From positions 384,001 through 448,000 of the forward strand of contig JACPJW010000001.1 of NCBI GenBank assembly GCA_016187335.1: a stretch of DNA of 64,000 nucleotides. Reading direction: 5' to 3'. The DNA comes from Candidatus Aenigmatarchaeota archaeon (GTDB taxonomy: Archaea > Aenigmatarchaeota > Aenigmatarchaeia > GW2011-AR5). Below the pieces are notes generated by a model that searched no databases, was not told where the DNA came from, and was given only the letters and a program-made list of their open reading frames with translations. This document shows, in pieces, positions 9,591 to 18,976 of the stretch. The first letter of the stretch is position 1. The number at the start of each line of letters is the position of its first letter. A program made the translations under genes and the position numbers.

Positions 9591-10082
9591 TTAAAAATGC
9601 ATTTTGCTGTCGTATACGCCTTCGTCTATTTCTTTCGTCACAACCTTCGGATCCTTGCCGTCAACAGTAACTCCGCATGATACGCACGTTCCTAATACCT
9701 GCTTAACTTTTTCTTTCATCGTAGTGCCACCAAGAGAGTCCTCTTTGGATTTTGATATTCTCACTATCGCGTCAAAAGGCAGGTCGCCAGCCAGCTTTCT
9801 TTGCTTGTTTTCATCCACCGTTGCTAATTTCTGCGCGTTCAGCTCTTTTCTTAGCATGCTGGAAACGGGCGGCGTGCCTACGGATATCGTATATTTCTTC
9901 GTTTCCGTATCCACAATCACTTTAACTGGAACCTGCATGCCTCCGAATGATTTTGTTTTATCATTTATCTGCGCCACAACTTCGCCCACATTTATTTTAA
10001 GCGGCGCCAGCGAAGGTCCTAAAGGCGGCGCAGGCGTTGCCTTGCCGCCTTCTACAAGCACTTCAACGGTTTCTTTGGACAT
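9591..10082 (-). CDS. rpl11: Ribosomal protein L11
   Basis: VEGGKATPAPPLGPSL, GTPPVS. Confidence 0.96.
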   Translation of the reverse strand: MSKETVEVLVEGGKATPAPPLGPSLAPLKINVGEVVAQINDKTKSFGGMQVPVKVIVDTETKKYTISVGTPPVSSMLRKELNAQKLATVDENKQRKLAGDLPFDAIVRISKSKEDSLGGTTMKEKVKQVLGTCVSCGVTVDGKDPKVVTKEIDEGVYDSKMHF

Positions 10083-10084
10083 GT

Positions 10085-10528
10085 TTATTCCTTTTTCTTT
10101 TTTTCGTACATTCTTACGGAATTCACGGATATCGTGACAGGTATCGGTATTGCAGCTTCAAGAAATTCAACAGTGATTTCACTCTTCGTTTCGTCAACGC
10201 GCGTTATCTTTCCTTTCTCTCCTCTGAAAGGCCCGCCGACAATTTCTACTACATCCCCGACTTCAAATTTGATCTCGCGTTTTTCGGCAACTATGAACTT
10301 TTCCAGATGATCTATGGAAACGTCCTTGTTTATCAGGCCTCGTATGTGGGGTATCCCCTTTGTCGCGGCTTCTATATTTTCCGATTCGCCCTCAATGAAT
10401 ATGTAGCCCCGCAGTTCTTCCGGATGGAGCAAAGACTTGATGGGTATGTTCTGCTTCTTAACGCGGGCCGCTACGGATTCAAGCACGATGTTTTCTCTTC
10501 CTGTAGTCGTTCTTACAGTTGCTATCAT
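10085..10528 (-). CDS. spt5: Transcription elongation factor Spt5/NusG
   Basis: NGN domain (TTTGRE, GYIFIE) plus KOW (GDVVEIVGGPFRG). Confidence 0.96.
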   Translation of the reverse strand: MIATVRTTTGRENIVLESVAARVKKQNIPIKSLLHPEELRGYIFIEGESENIEAATKGIPHIRGLINKDVSIDHLEKFIVAEKREIKFEVGDVVEIVGGPFRGEKGKITRVDETKSEITVEFLEAAIPIPVTISVNSVRMYEKKKKE

Positions 10529-10557
10529 AATACACCTCGTTTCATGAGTCGTACATT

Positions 10558-10734
10558 TTATAGTCCGCCAATTAGCTGCACAAGCAGAAATATTGCAAAT
10601 CCAACGACACCCAGAATGACCATGCCAACGCCTGTAATTTTTATGGATTGCCGGAATTCATGCTTGTCGGGCTTGTTACTGACAAGCAGAACCCTTCTGG
10701 CCTGCTGAATAAAGCCGGAGATTTTAGAAATCAT
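10558..10734 (-). CDS. secE: Protein translocase SecE/Sec61-gamma (not in the ORF track)
   Basis: Hand translation MISKISGFIQQARRVLLVSNKPDKHEF...GVVGFAIFLLVQLIGGL; conserved position between ftsZ and spt5. Confidence 0.92.
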   Translation of the reverse strand: MISKISGFIQQARRVLLVSNKPDKHEFRQSIKITGVGMVILGVVGFAIFLLVQLIGGL

Positions 10735-10779
10735 AGAAAATATTTATGCGTAAAGGTTAAAAACCAAGAAAACAGCAAA

Positions 10780-11856
10780 TCACTGGACAAAATCTATACC
10801 GAACATCTGCTCTATTTCTTTCTTCCTGTCTTTACCGATCATATGCTGGGTATACATCTTCGGCGACTTGGCACCGGTGATTATTACCATCGTTCTGACC
10901 GAGTCGCCTAATTCCTTTACAATCTGGGCGCCCCATATGATTTTTGCTTCCGGATTGAGCTTGGTCGCAACGGCTTCCACGATTTTCTGGCATTCTCTTA
11001 TTGTTATGTCAACGCCGCCGGAAACATTTATGAGGGCCCCACTCGCGCCTTCAATGTCAACATCAAGAAGCGGATTGTTCAAAGCGCGCTCTATCGCCTC
11101 CGTTGCCCTGTTCTCGGCTTCGCTGTCGCCCATGCCTATCATGGCCAGGCCGCCGCCGCTCATTACTGCCCGGACATCGGCGAAATCTAAATTCACCAAG
11201 CCAGGCCTTGTTACAAGTTCGGTGACGCCTTTTACGGCATTGACAAGAATTTCATCAGCCACTTTAAAGGCGGTTGTCAAAGAGACGTCTGGCACTATTT
11301 CAATCAGTTTATCGTTGGGTATAACAATAAGGGTATCAACTATTTTTTCCAGTTTCTCCAGACCGCCCGCGGCATTTGTCATCCTCTGCCTTCCTTCCAT
11401 CGAGAATGGCAGTGTAACCACGCCTACCGTCAGCGCACCGGCTTTTTTCGCAATGTCAGCAACAATAGGCGCCGAGCCTGTTCCTGTTCCGCCCCCAAGG
11501 CCGCATGTGACAAAAACAAGGTCTGTGCCTTCAAGAACTTTTTTTACATCGTTCTTGCTTTCCTTGGCAGCTTCCTCGCCTATGCGGGGGTCGGCGCCTG
11601 CACCAAGGCCTCCTGTGATTTCCTTTCCAATAAGTATTTTCACGTCGGCATCCGTGTAAAGAAGGTCCTGCGCATCTGTATTCACAGCGATTGTTTCCGC
11701 GCCAACGATGCCCACCTGCATAAGCCTGGAAATAGTATTGCCGCCGGCGCCGCCGCAGCCTATAACTTTTATTTCCGCCTTCTTGTTTTCCAAAAGTTTT
11801 TTCAGTTCTTCGTCTACCGGAGCAGTTCCAATATCCTTAGAAGAGAGAATGCCCAT
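10780..11856 (-). CDS. ftsZ: Cell division protein FtsZ
   Basis: GCGGAGGN, NTDAQDL, GGGTGTG, NLDFADV. Confidence 0.98.
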   Translation of the reverse strand: MGILSSKDIGTAPVDEELKKLLENKKAEIKVIGCGGAGGNTISRLMQVGIVGAETIAVNTDAQDLLYTDADVKILIGKEITGGLGAGADPRIGEEAAKESKNDVKKVLEGTDLVFVTCGLGGGTGTGSAPIVADIAKKAGALTVGVVTLPFSMEGRQRMTNAAGGLEKLEKIVDTLIVIPNDKLIEIVPDVSLTTAFKVADEILVNAVKGVTELVTRPGLVNLDFADVRAVMSGGGLAMIGMGDSEAENRATEAIERALNNPLLDVDIEGASGALINVSGGVDITIRECQKIVEAVATKLNPEAKIIWGAQIVKELGDSVRTMVIITGAKSPKMYTQHMIGKDRKKEIEQMFGIDFVQ

Positions 11857-11986
11857 TAAACCACTTTAACATATTATACGTCCCAGATATTTAAGCTTTC
11901 GGCGCGGTTTTTTTGGTTTGCGAACAAGCTTTAAATAATAGTAGTAGTAATAAGAGTAGTAGGAGAAATGTAAGGGAGACGTAATT

Positions 11987-12109
11987 GTGAAGCTAAGGTG
12001 TACGAAGTGCGATCATTCTTGGGAAACTAGGAAGGATTCCATGCCGGTTTTATGCCCAAGGTGCAAGTACAGTCTGTACTATCATAAACCTATAATCATA
12101 AAGAAGTAG
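11987..12109 (+). CDS. 40-aa zinc-ribbon microprotein (not in the ORF track)
   Basis: GTG start; MKLRCTKCDHSWETRKDSMPVLCPRCKYSLYY; GGGAG upstream; TATA-like TTTAAATA near 11931. Confidence 0.7.
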   Translation: MKLRCTKCDHSWETRKDSMPVLCPRCKYSLYYHKPIIIKK

Positions 12110-12755
12110 GCCTTTCGAAGACTTCCACGAATTTAACGGCTTTAGCTTTGGTATCAACAAACTTCATGACAAGGTAGATTATCCTTTCCTTTATTTCCAA
12201 AGGCAGCTTGTATTTCGTCTGCAATTCCATTTCCTCGCCGAATTTCGCCCTGAGATCGTCCACGCCGAAGAATTCTCCTATTGCCTTTACCTTTTCGTCA
12301 TCATTTTCTATTTTTCCCATTATCTCCAGATCATACCTCAGGATTTTCCCGGAAAGAGGATTGTTGAAGTCAACGCGCACGCGTCCGCCTGTAACGCTTT
12401 GCACCCTCCCTTTCATATCCCCAAAGTCAACTATCATGCCCTGCTTGGGCTCAATATTCTGCTGTTCAAAGACCTTCTCCGGAATTACCTTGATAAACTT
12501 TGGGTCTCTCTGGCCGAAACCGTCCTCAGGGTTTATCTCCACCGTGCGCTTTTCTCCGACTTTCATTTCTTCCAGCGCCTTTTCCATGCCCTTTATCACG
12601 AACCCGCCGCCGACTACAACGGGCACAGGGCCGTATTTTACCTTGGGGTTGTAGATGTTCTCCTTTTTAGCCACATCTTCGAATGTCAAGTCGAATATCT
12701 CGCCGGTTTCAAGGCGCCCTATATAGTTTATTTTTACGAAATCCCCCTTTTCCAT
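12096..12755 (-). CDS. FKBP-type peptidyl-prolyl isomerase (SlyD-like long form)
   Basis: GDFVKINYIGR, FDLT, VDFNNPLSGK. Confidence 0.93.
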   Translation of the reverse strand: MEKGDFVKINYIGRLETGEIFDLTFEDVAKKENIYNPKVKYGPVPVVVGGGFVIKGMEKALEEMKVGEKRTVEINPEDGFGQRDPKFIKVIPEKVFEQQNIEPKQGMIVDFGDMKGRVQSVTGGRVRVDFNNPLSGKILRYDLEIMGKIENDDEKVKAIGEFFGVDDLRAKFGEEMELQTKYKLPLEIKERIIYLVMKFVDTKAKAVKFVEVFERPTSL

Positions 12756-12902
12756 AAAATCACTCTTTAAACTTGGCAAAAATGCTTAAATTCATAGTTT
12801 TGATGAACAAAAAACCAACATGCATCAATTACAGGTGAATCACGCAAAACTCCCGAGGAAATCTTTTATAGATTGTTCCTGTTAGAAATATCAAGTGATT
12901 GC

Positions 12903-13190
12903 ATGCTCATAAAATCCACGAAGGACTGGAAGCAGTTTCTTGACTCGGAAGACGAGGAAAGGCTTAACCGCCTTTTGAAGGAAGCGGCGAAATACAGGGG
13001 GGCTTACAGGAATGCGGATGACGTTAAAATAGCGCAGCTTTGGTCGGCTTTGCTGGAAATGAAAAAAGAGAATGACAGCCTGAAAAGAAGGGTTGATGAC
13101 ATGGAGAGCATTTTTGAATTCGTTTACTCCAAAATGAAAAAAAAGCATGAAGAAAGGGAAGAGCTTTTCAAAAGCCTGGAAAAATTTTAA
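12903..13190 (+). CDS. Conserved hypothetical coiled-coil protein
   Basis: YRNADDVKIAQLWSAL followed by heptads. Confidence 0.7.
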   Translation: MLIKSTKDWKQFLDSEDEERLNRLLKEAAKYRGAYRNADDVKIAQLWSALLEMKKENDSLKRRVDDMESIFEFVYSKMKKKHEEREELFKSLEKF

Positions 13191-13224
13191 TAATCAGCAA
13201 AAACATATATTTCAGGTGAATGCA

Positions 13225-13707
13225 ATGCCGATAGCAGGAAATCCTTTAGGGGATTCTAATCCCGACCCAATTAGATGGGATATTTCAACAGCAATGCTTG
13301 TTCTGGCTAAATATAAGGATACAAACGGCGCTTATGTTCCTGATGAAGAAGAAACAGCATCATTAGCAAAGGCAGTTGATTATCTAAGAACAGGACTTCG
13401 CCCGAGAGTAGATCCATTTTCCACAGTGATAGAAGCGGATGAACTAAGGGCGTATGCGGTAATAGACAGGGCTGCTTCTAGAGAAGGTTTCACAAGGGAA
13501 AAATTAGGAACATACACCTCAATGTTGGAGGACCTGTCAAAAGGAAATCCGCTTAGACACGAATTCGCAGATGGAATCATGGAATTCCTTTCAAGTGTAT
13601 TGAGAAGTTCATTGGAAATGGAAGAGGAAGAAGAACGATTTAGGAACATTATATCTGGGCGCGGCCACGAGCCGTACACCGATTATTTTATGAACCATCA
13701 ACCCTGA
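13225..13707 (+). CDS. Hypothetical protein (orphan-like)
   Basis: ORF with CAGGTGA ribosome-binding site; codon style differs from neighbours. Confidence 0.6.
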   Translation: MPIAGNPLGDSNPDPIRWDISTAMLVLAKYKDTNGAYVPDEEETASLAKAVDYLRTGLRPRVDPFSTVIEADELRAYAVIDRAASREGFTREKLGTYTSMLEDLSKGNPLRHEFADGIMEFLSSVLRSSLEMEEEEERFRNIISGRGHEPYTDYFMNHQP

Positions 13708-13709
13708 AA

Positions 13710-16544
13710 TCATTCTACAAATATGCCCAGTTTCTGAGGCGTTGCCTGCTTTGCCTTAGAGTTATCGGACTTCGAAGCGTCTATCACTTCAATGGAACAG
13801 ATGAATTCTTTTTCCAGAAGCTGTTTCGCTTCGCCGAAAACCTGAAACTGCCTGCTTCTGGGAATCACAGGCTTCAGTTCGTTTATCTTGTTGTAAAGAG
13901 CCTGTATGAATGATATCGTCGCCTTGCCGTAAGCTCCGGTCTCCATTATCTCCTTTGTTATGTCGTTTATGGGCCTGTTTTTCCCTGCCAAGACTTTTTT
14001 ATAAACGCGGAATTTCCATTCGTCTGCAATGAACAGCGATATTTTTTTCGGCTTTATTCCGGCTATCTTTATTATCTGCTCAGCATCTTCCAGGGTTGAT
14101 AATATCATTTCCTCGGCTTTTTCAGATTCTTCGCTTTCCGCAGCAGCATCTGAAACAGGCCATTCGGCAGTTGCTGCAAAGCCTTTTCCACCAAGCATCT
14201 GCCACATTTCCTCGCAGATGTGGGGCGTTGCCGGGGTTATAAGCTTTATCGTAGTTTCCAGAGCGTTCCTGAGAATTTTCTTGTTGGCATTTCTGATATC
14301 TCCGCTTCTTCTGATATACCACCGCAGGGCATTTGTAGTTTCAAAAAGGGCGTAATGGACAGCGGTGCGAAATCTGGTTTCTTCGCAGTTTTCCGTGGCG
14401 TTTTTTATTATTTTCTGCATTCTGCTTTGGAGATAACTGTCGACATTTGAAATATTTTTTGACCCGGCTTTTTTGATGCCTTTGCATAAATCAAAAAGGA
14501 ATTCTATGCGCGACCTGTAGCTCTTTATGTTTTCAGAGCGCCAGTCAGCGTCGTCTATTCCTTCAGAAGAAGCCACGATGTTTATCCTTACCAAATCAGC
14601 ACCGTAATCCTTGAGCAGATTGTGCAGCGGTATTATGTTGCCCCTGCTTTTGGACATCTTTTCCCCTTCCACGTTGACGAAGCCGTTAACGCCGATGCTT
14701 CGGGGCCATTTTGCCTCAGGGAATATGGCAGCGTGATGGAACAAGAAGAAAGTCAGGTGATTCTGTATCAGGTCCTTGCCGCTGCCGCGGAAATCCACTG
14801 GGTAGAAATGATCGAATTCATGCTTCATCTCTTTGATAAGTTTTGGATTCAGCTTTGCCCTTTTGGAAATATCTTTAGGATTCCCTTTGCCCAGAAATAC
14901 GTAGTCGAACACCTCATCCGTAAGCTTTTTCGCTGGAATTTTCCTTTTGTTTATTGTTTTGGCTATTGTATAGTAAGCCATGTATATTGTCGAGTCGCTC
15001 AGGGTTTCTACAATCCATGAAGGGTCCCATGGAAGCGGAGTGCCCATCCCGCTTTTCCTCGTGCACGCCTTGTCTTTCAGCCAGTCTATTGTATTTTCGA
15101 AATTGTTTCTTGCCTCTTCCGGGTATATTGCCATTTTTTTCAAATGACTTCTTACGGCATTTTTCCACTTTTCATCGGAGAATTTCAGGAACCATTGGTT
15201 CTCCAGAATTTTCACGTGGTTCTTCGTCGTGCATCTGCAGACAACCTTGCCTGTTGTTTCCCACATTATGTCGGCAATCCCGGCCTGGACGAAGTTCTTT
15301 ATCAGGTATTCCTTGACGTCGCTCACTTTCATGCCGGCAAAAGCGCCGCATTTTTCATTAAGCAAGCCCGTATGGAACTCCTTTTTGTACACGGCGGAAG
15401 TGGCTTCTTCCAGTTTCTGGATGTCTTTCAGGGATTTTATGCCAGTTTTTTCGCTTACCTTTACAGCGGGTGCTTCGCCTAGCTCGGAATCTATAATTGA
15501 TACGGGCTCCAGTTCATCTTTCGTCGCGTTATATAATCCAAGCTCGTCTTTGTCAATAAGTTCTTTCAGAGCAACCCAGTCGTACGGAGCGTGCGCGGGG
15601 ACGCTCATCACTATGCCTGTCGCGTTATCAGGATTGACAAAAGCTGCAGGCAGAATGGGTATTTCCTTGTTGCCCAGCGGCTCAAGGCACCGCTTGCCTA
15701 AAAGTTCCTCGCCCTTTATCTTTGTTATTATTTCAACAGTTTTCAGCTGGTCTTTCAGCTTCGCGGCGGCTTCCTCGCTTATAATCCAGACTTCATTGTC
15801 CACTTTTGCTTTCACGTATTCCACAGCGGGATTGACCCAGATGTTCGTCACGCCGTAGATTGTTTCCGGCCTCAGCGTTCCGCAGGGCAGGAAAGCATCC
15901 TTGAAGCGGAACTTGAGCAATGTGAAATCAACAGGCGATTCGCCTTCCCCTTCAAGCCGGTCATGGTCGCCTGTCGGGCTCTGGTCATGAGGGCACCATA
16001 TCACCGGGTGTGTTCCCTGGACAACGTAGCCTTTCTTTCTGAGTGTATTGTATTGCCATTCAATGAACCGCGAATAAGCCGGCGTCATCTGCGTCGTCAC
16101 GAAAGTCCTGCGCCAGTCTATGGACATCCCGCCGAGCTTGAACGCTTCAATCCATTTTTTCATCCAGAACCGCACGATATATTTGACATCCTTCCTGAAC
16201 TTTGCAATATCCCGCTCGCTTGCGCCGAACTCTTTCATGGTTTCGATTTGCGTTTTATCGCCTTTTTTCAGCCGTTCCTGCAGTCCTAAAATCGGCTCGC
16301 CCGTGGCATGGAAGCCCTGCGGATAAAGTACGTTGAAGCCCTGCATTCTTTTGTAACGGGCGTAGAAATCGCAGCGGAACGAAGAATAAGAATGCCCTAT
16401 GTGAGGCGCACCGTTGACGTATGGGTAAGGAAACGTTATGAAGAACTTCTTCCGCTTCTCGGGATCCGCTTCAAATAAATGTTTCCTGTCCCATTTCTTC
16501 TGCCACTTCTTCTCGATTTTCTTGAAATTTAGCATAGCAAACAC
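13710..16544 (-). CDS. leuS: Leucyl-tRNA synthetase
   Basis: PYVNGAPHIGH (HIGH), KMSKS, CP1 editing GTLRPET. Confidence 0.97.
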   Translation of the reverse strand: MFAMLNFKKIEKKWQKKWDRKHLFEADPEKRKKFFITFPYPYVNGAPHIGHSYSSFRCDFYARYKRMQGFNVLYPQGFHATGEPILGLQERLKKGDKTQIETMKEFGASERDIAKFRKDVKYIVRFWMKKWIEAFKLGGMSIDWRRTFVTTQMTPAYSRFIEWQYNTLRKKGYVVQGTHPVIWCPHDQSPTGDHDRLEGEGESPVDFTLLKFRFKDAFLPCGTLRPETIYGVTNIWVNPAVEYVKAKVDNEVWIISEEAAAKLKDQLKTVEIITKIKGEELLGKRCLEPLGNKEIPILPAAFVNPDNATGIVMSVPAHAPYDWVALKELIDKDELGLYNATKDELEPVSIIDSELGEAPAVKVSEKTGIKSLKDIQKLEEATSAVYKKEFHTGLLNEKCGAFAGMKVSDVKEYLIKNFVQAGIADIMWETTGKVVCRCTTKNHVKILENQWFLKFSDEKWKNAVRSHLKKMAIYPEEARNNFENTIDWLKDKACTRKSGMGTPLPWDPSWIVETLSDSTIYMAYYTIAKTINKRKIPAKKLTDEVFDYVFLGKGNPKDISKRAKLNPKLIKEMKHEFDHFYPVDFRGSGKDLIQNHLTFFLFHHAAIFPEAKWPRSIGVNGFVNVEGEKMSKSRGNIIPLHNLLKDYGADLVRINIVASSEGIDDADWRSENIKSYRSRIEFLFDLCKGIKKAGSKNISNVDSYLQSRMQKIIKNATENCEETRFRTAVHYALFETTNALRWYIRRSGDIRNANKKILRNALETTIKLITPATPHICEEMWQMLGGKGFAATAEWPVSDAAAESEESEKAEEMILSTLEDAEQIIKIAGIKPKKISLFIADEWKFRVYKKVLAGKNRPINDITKEIMETGAYGKATISFIQALYNKINELKPVIPRSRQFQVFGEAKQLLEKEFICSIEVIDASKSDNSKAKQATPQKLGIFVE

Positions 16545-16580
16545 TTATGTTATTTTAACCTAGACTGATAAATTTAAGAA

Positions 16581-17066
16581 TCAGCGCAATGCGGCGGTTC
16601 TTTCTTGCATCCATTGTTCATGGTGTCTTGTTATCCATGTTAAATGTTTCCTATGTATTCTAGGATCTACATCTTCACCTTCTAAACCTTGCATCGTAGC
16701 ATTTATTGCAAGATTAAGTCCGTACACTTTCAGTAATTCTGCATTTACTGGATAAGTAGTAACTCTCCAGTCAAGCCCCTCGTTCTTTCGTATAGCATGA
16801 ACAAACAATACACGAGTACCCGTAGGTACTCTTTCAAAATCTTTCGGAGTTGATTGACCTTCTGGAACAGAATAAAAGCGTATCTTACCGCCTTTAACCT
16901 GATAAGAATTTGCATAAGGACTTTTTATTTCTACCGCTGTACTTTTAGGTCTACCACTGCCAACTCTTAAATTATAAGATTCTAAAAATTTTGGTGGTTT
17001 AATTTCATTTCCACCATTATGTCTATATCCATTTCCGTTGTTTGTAGCTCCGTGATATGTAGTCAT
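16581..17066 (-). CDS. Hypothetical protein (AT-rich)
   Basis: 161-aa ORF with GGTGA upstream. Confidence 0.55.
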   Translation of the reverse strand: MTTYHGATNNGNGYRHNGGNEIKPPKFLESYNLRVGSGRPKSTAVEIKSPYANSYQVKGGKIRFYSVPEGQSTPKDFERVPTGTRVLFVHAIRKNEGLDWRVTTYPVNAELLKVYGLNLAINATMQGLEGEDVDPRIHRKHLTWITRHHEQWMQERTAALR

Positions 17067-17191
17067 GTTCTCACCAAAAACGAAGAGAAAATAATTCAGC
17101 GCAACAAAATGCGCAAGATAATCAGGTCAGCAGCAAGGCTAAGAAGATAAAGAGAAAAAGAAAATTCAAGATTCATTTTATCACCGATTAT

Positions 17192-17503
17192 TTATTCATA
17201 AACTATCGTGACTTGGACTCTCCTAAAATACCCCGTTATAACGGTTCCTGACGGTATTTCTGAAATTGGTCTAGAAAGCTGTTCATTAGGAAGGGTATTT
17301 GCATGTCCCATTTTATAAGGTTCAGTAACGTCTGGACTTTTACCAGCACTTGAAGTAGGTTGTGTTGCTTCAGGAGTTTTATGGTAGTGCTCACATCCTT
17401 TCCGACCATGTCTTGGAATTCGGTCCGCAGGCTTGCCATTACAAAGGCTACTTAAGGGAGAATAGTGTTTACAACCTTCCCTCGCTTTATCACATTGACT
17501 CAT
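17192..17503 (-). CDS. Hypothetical Cys/His-containing protein
   Basis: Probable start MSQCDK after GGTGA; four Cys in the N-terminal part. Confidence 0.45.
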   Translation of the reverse strand: MSQCDKAREGCKHYSPLSSLCNGKPADRIPRHGRKGCEHYHKTPEATQPTSSAGKSPDVTEPYKMGHANTLPNEQLSRPISEIPSGTVITGYFRRVQVTIVYE

Positions 17504-17780
17504 TTTTTCACCATCGTTGAACATTCTCTCCTCTCCCCGTGCAGCAAAAATGCAAATCAAAACCGCAGAAAAGAGGAGCGAAGCATTATCGGCGCCTAGC
17601 GCTTGATGATAGACGCTAGGCTGACGTATCTCTTTGTCAAGTTCAGTATCCCGGCGTTTATCAACTGCTTCATACCAAGTCAATATATGCAATCCATGTG
17701 CTTAAATATCTTGCGGTTTGTCCCTACCCTACAGGAACAACATTGTGGGACATGGTGGGAATTAACCGTAGACGCATCCG

Positions 17781-17808
17781 TTTTGATGCAACTTTTTTGA
17801 AAAGTTGC
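17781..17808. repeat. Palindromic repeat copy (TTTTGA-NNN-AACTTTT..AAAAGTT family) in the tRNA-Arg trailer
   Basis: TTTTGATGCAACTTTTTTGAAAAGTTGC. Confidence 0.85.
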
Positions 17809-17810
17809 CA

Positions 17811-17936
17811 TGGGCGCGACGGGATTCGAATTCGCGAGTCATGGCTTCGCTCCATAACTTCCCGCGACCCCCTGCTTAGAAGGCTTGCATGTGATAAAAA
17901 TCACTAGATGCTCTATCCAAGCTGAGCTACGCGCCC
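17811..17936 (-). tRNA. tRNA-Arg(UCU) with introns at 29/30 (17885-17905) and 53/54 (17831-17860)
   Basis: Acceptor GGGCGCG/CGCGCCC; BHBs GCAT/ATGC (CT^A, AA^G) and CGCG/CGCG (GG^A, AA^T); splicing restores TCTGC-CTTCTAA-GCAGG and GCGGG-TTCGAAT-CCCGT. Confidence 0.93.
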
Positions 17937-18004
17937 GTTGGCAATTGAAAGTATAATTAGGGCTAATTTAAATAAAGAGTTCTATAATTTATTATCGGTG
18001 TCTT

Positions 18005-18769
18005 ATGACTCGCATCATAACTTGCACTTCCGGGAAGGGTGGCGCAGGCAAAACTACATTGGTTGCTAACTTAGGGCTTGCATTGCGCGAGCTGGGGCGA
18101 GACGTGATAGTCGTTGACGCCAACCTGACGACGCCAAATCTGGGTTTACATTTAGGAGTTCCATTGTACCCGACGACGCTTCACGACGTCCTCAAAGGCA
18201 CTGCGGACATCAAGGATGCCATTTACCGCCACGAAAGCGGCCTGAAAGTTATCCCTGCGGGTATATCCCTGCGCGACCTGCGGGGGGTTGATGCGCATGA
18301 CCTCCCTGAAGCCGTCATGGATCTGCTCGGGAGCGCGGAAATAGTGCTGATTGACAGCGCAGCAGGCCTTGGCAAGGAAGCTTTGTCGGCTATAGAAGCA
18401 TCAGATGAAATCATAATAGTCACGACGCCGGACCTTCCTTCTGTCACGGATGCCCTGAAAACAATGAAGCTTGCCGAGCAGGTGGGGACAAGAGTTACCG
18501 GCGTTGTCATAAACAGGGTCACAAAAATGAGGCACGAAATGACGACCCAGCAGGTTTCCAACATGCTTGACGGTCCTGAGATTTTGGCGGAAATACCCGA
18601 GGATATAAACGTCCATAGAGCCGTGGCAAGCAGGCAGCCTGTTGTCCATCACGTGCCGCATTCACACGCCAGCAGAAGCATAAAGGGCCTTGCCGCAACG
18701 CTTGTCGGGGAGCCTTCCTTGACAAAAGATCCATGGTACAAGCGTTTTCTCTCGTTCATGTACAGGTAA
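18005..18769 (+). CDS. minD: MinD/ParA-family ATPase
   Basis: SGKGGAGKTT deviant Walker A, DANLTTPNL, IDSAAG. Confidence 0.9.
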   Translation: MTRIITCTSGKGGAGKTTLVANLGLALRELGRDVIVVDANLTTPNLGLHLGVPLYPTTLHDVLKGTADIKDAIYRHESGLKVIPAGISLRDLRGVDAHDLPEAVMDLLGSAEIVLIDSAAGLGKEALSAIEASDEIIIVTTPDLPSVTDALKTMKLAEQVGTRVTGVVINRVTKMRHEMTTQQVSNMLDGPEILAEIPEDINVHRAVASRQPVVHHVPHSHASRSIKGLAATLVGEPSLTKDPWYKRFLSFMYR

Positions 18770-18878
18770 ACTTCCTAAAAGAACATAAGTTCTTTTGGGT
18801 CTTGGAACGCTTTGCTTTCCAAAGATTTCCAAAAAGTTTCATCAAAGCAACTTTTCAAAAAAGTTGCATCAAAAAGGG
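18766..18878. repeat. Composite of palindromic repeat units between minD and pheT
   Basis: AAAAGAAC-ATAA-GTTCTTTT, a degenerate CCAAAAAGTTTCATCAAA and GCAACTTTTCAAAAAAGTTGCATCAAAAAGGG. Confidence 0.75.
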
Positions 18879-18886
18879 TGGTTACG

Positions 18887-18976
18887 ATGCCGCGCAAAAA
18901 GAAGAAACGCCTGATGCAGGAAGAAGCTGAGCGGAATATCAGGCCGGTTAAGTGGAAGGCAAAGGGAAGAAGCTAG
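18887..18976 (+). CDS. Candidate 29-aa basic microprotein
   Basis: MPRKKKKRLMQEEAERNIRPVKWKAKGRS; GGGTGG upstream; stop overlaps the pheT stop region. Confidence 0.4.
   Translation: MPRKKKKRLMQEEAERNIRPVKWKAKGRS

Noticed and set aside
16545-17810. Integrated element at tRNA-Arg
   Set aside because: No integrase and no duplicated tRNA 3' end found by eye.
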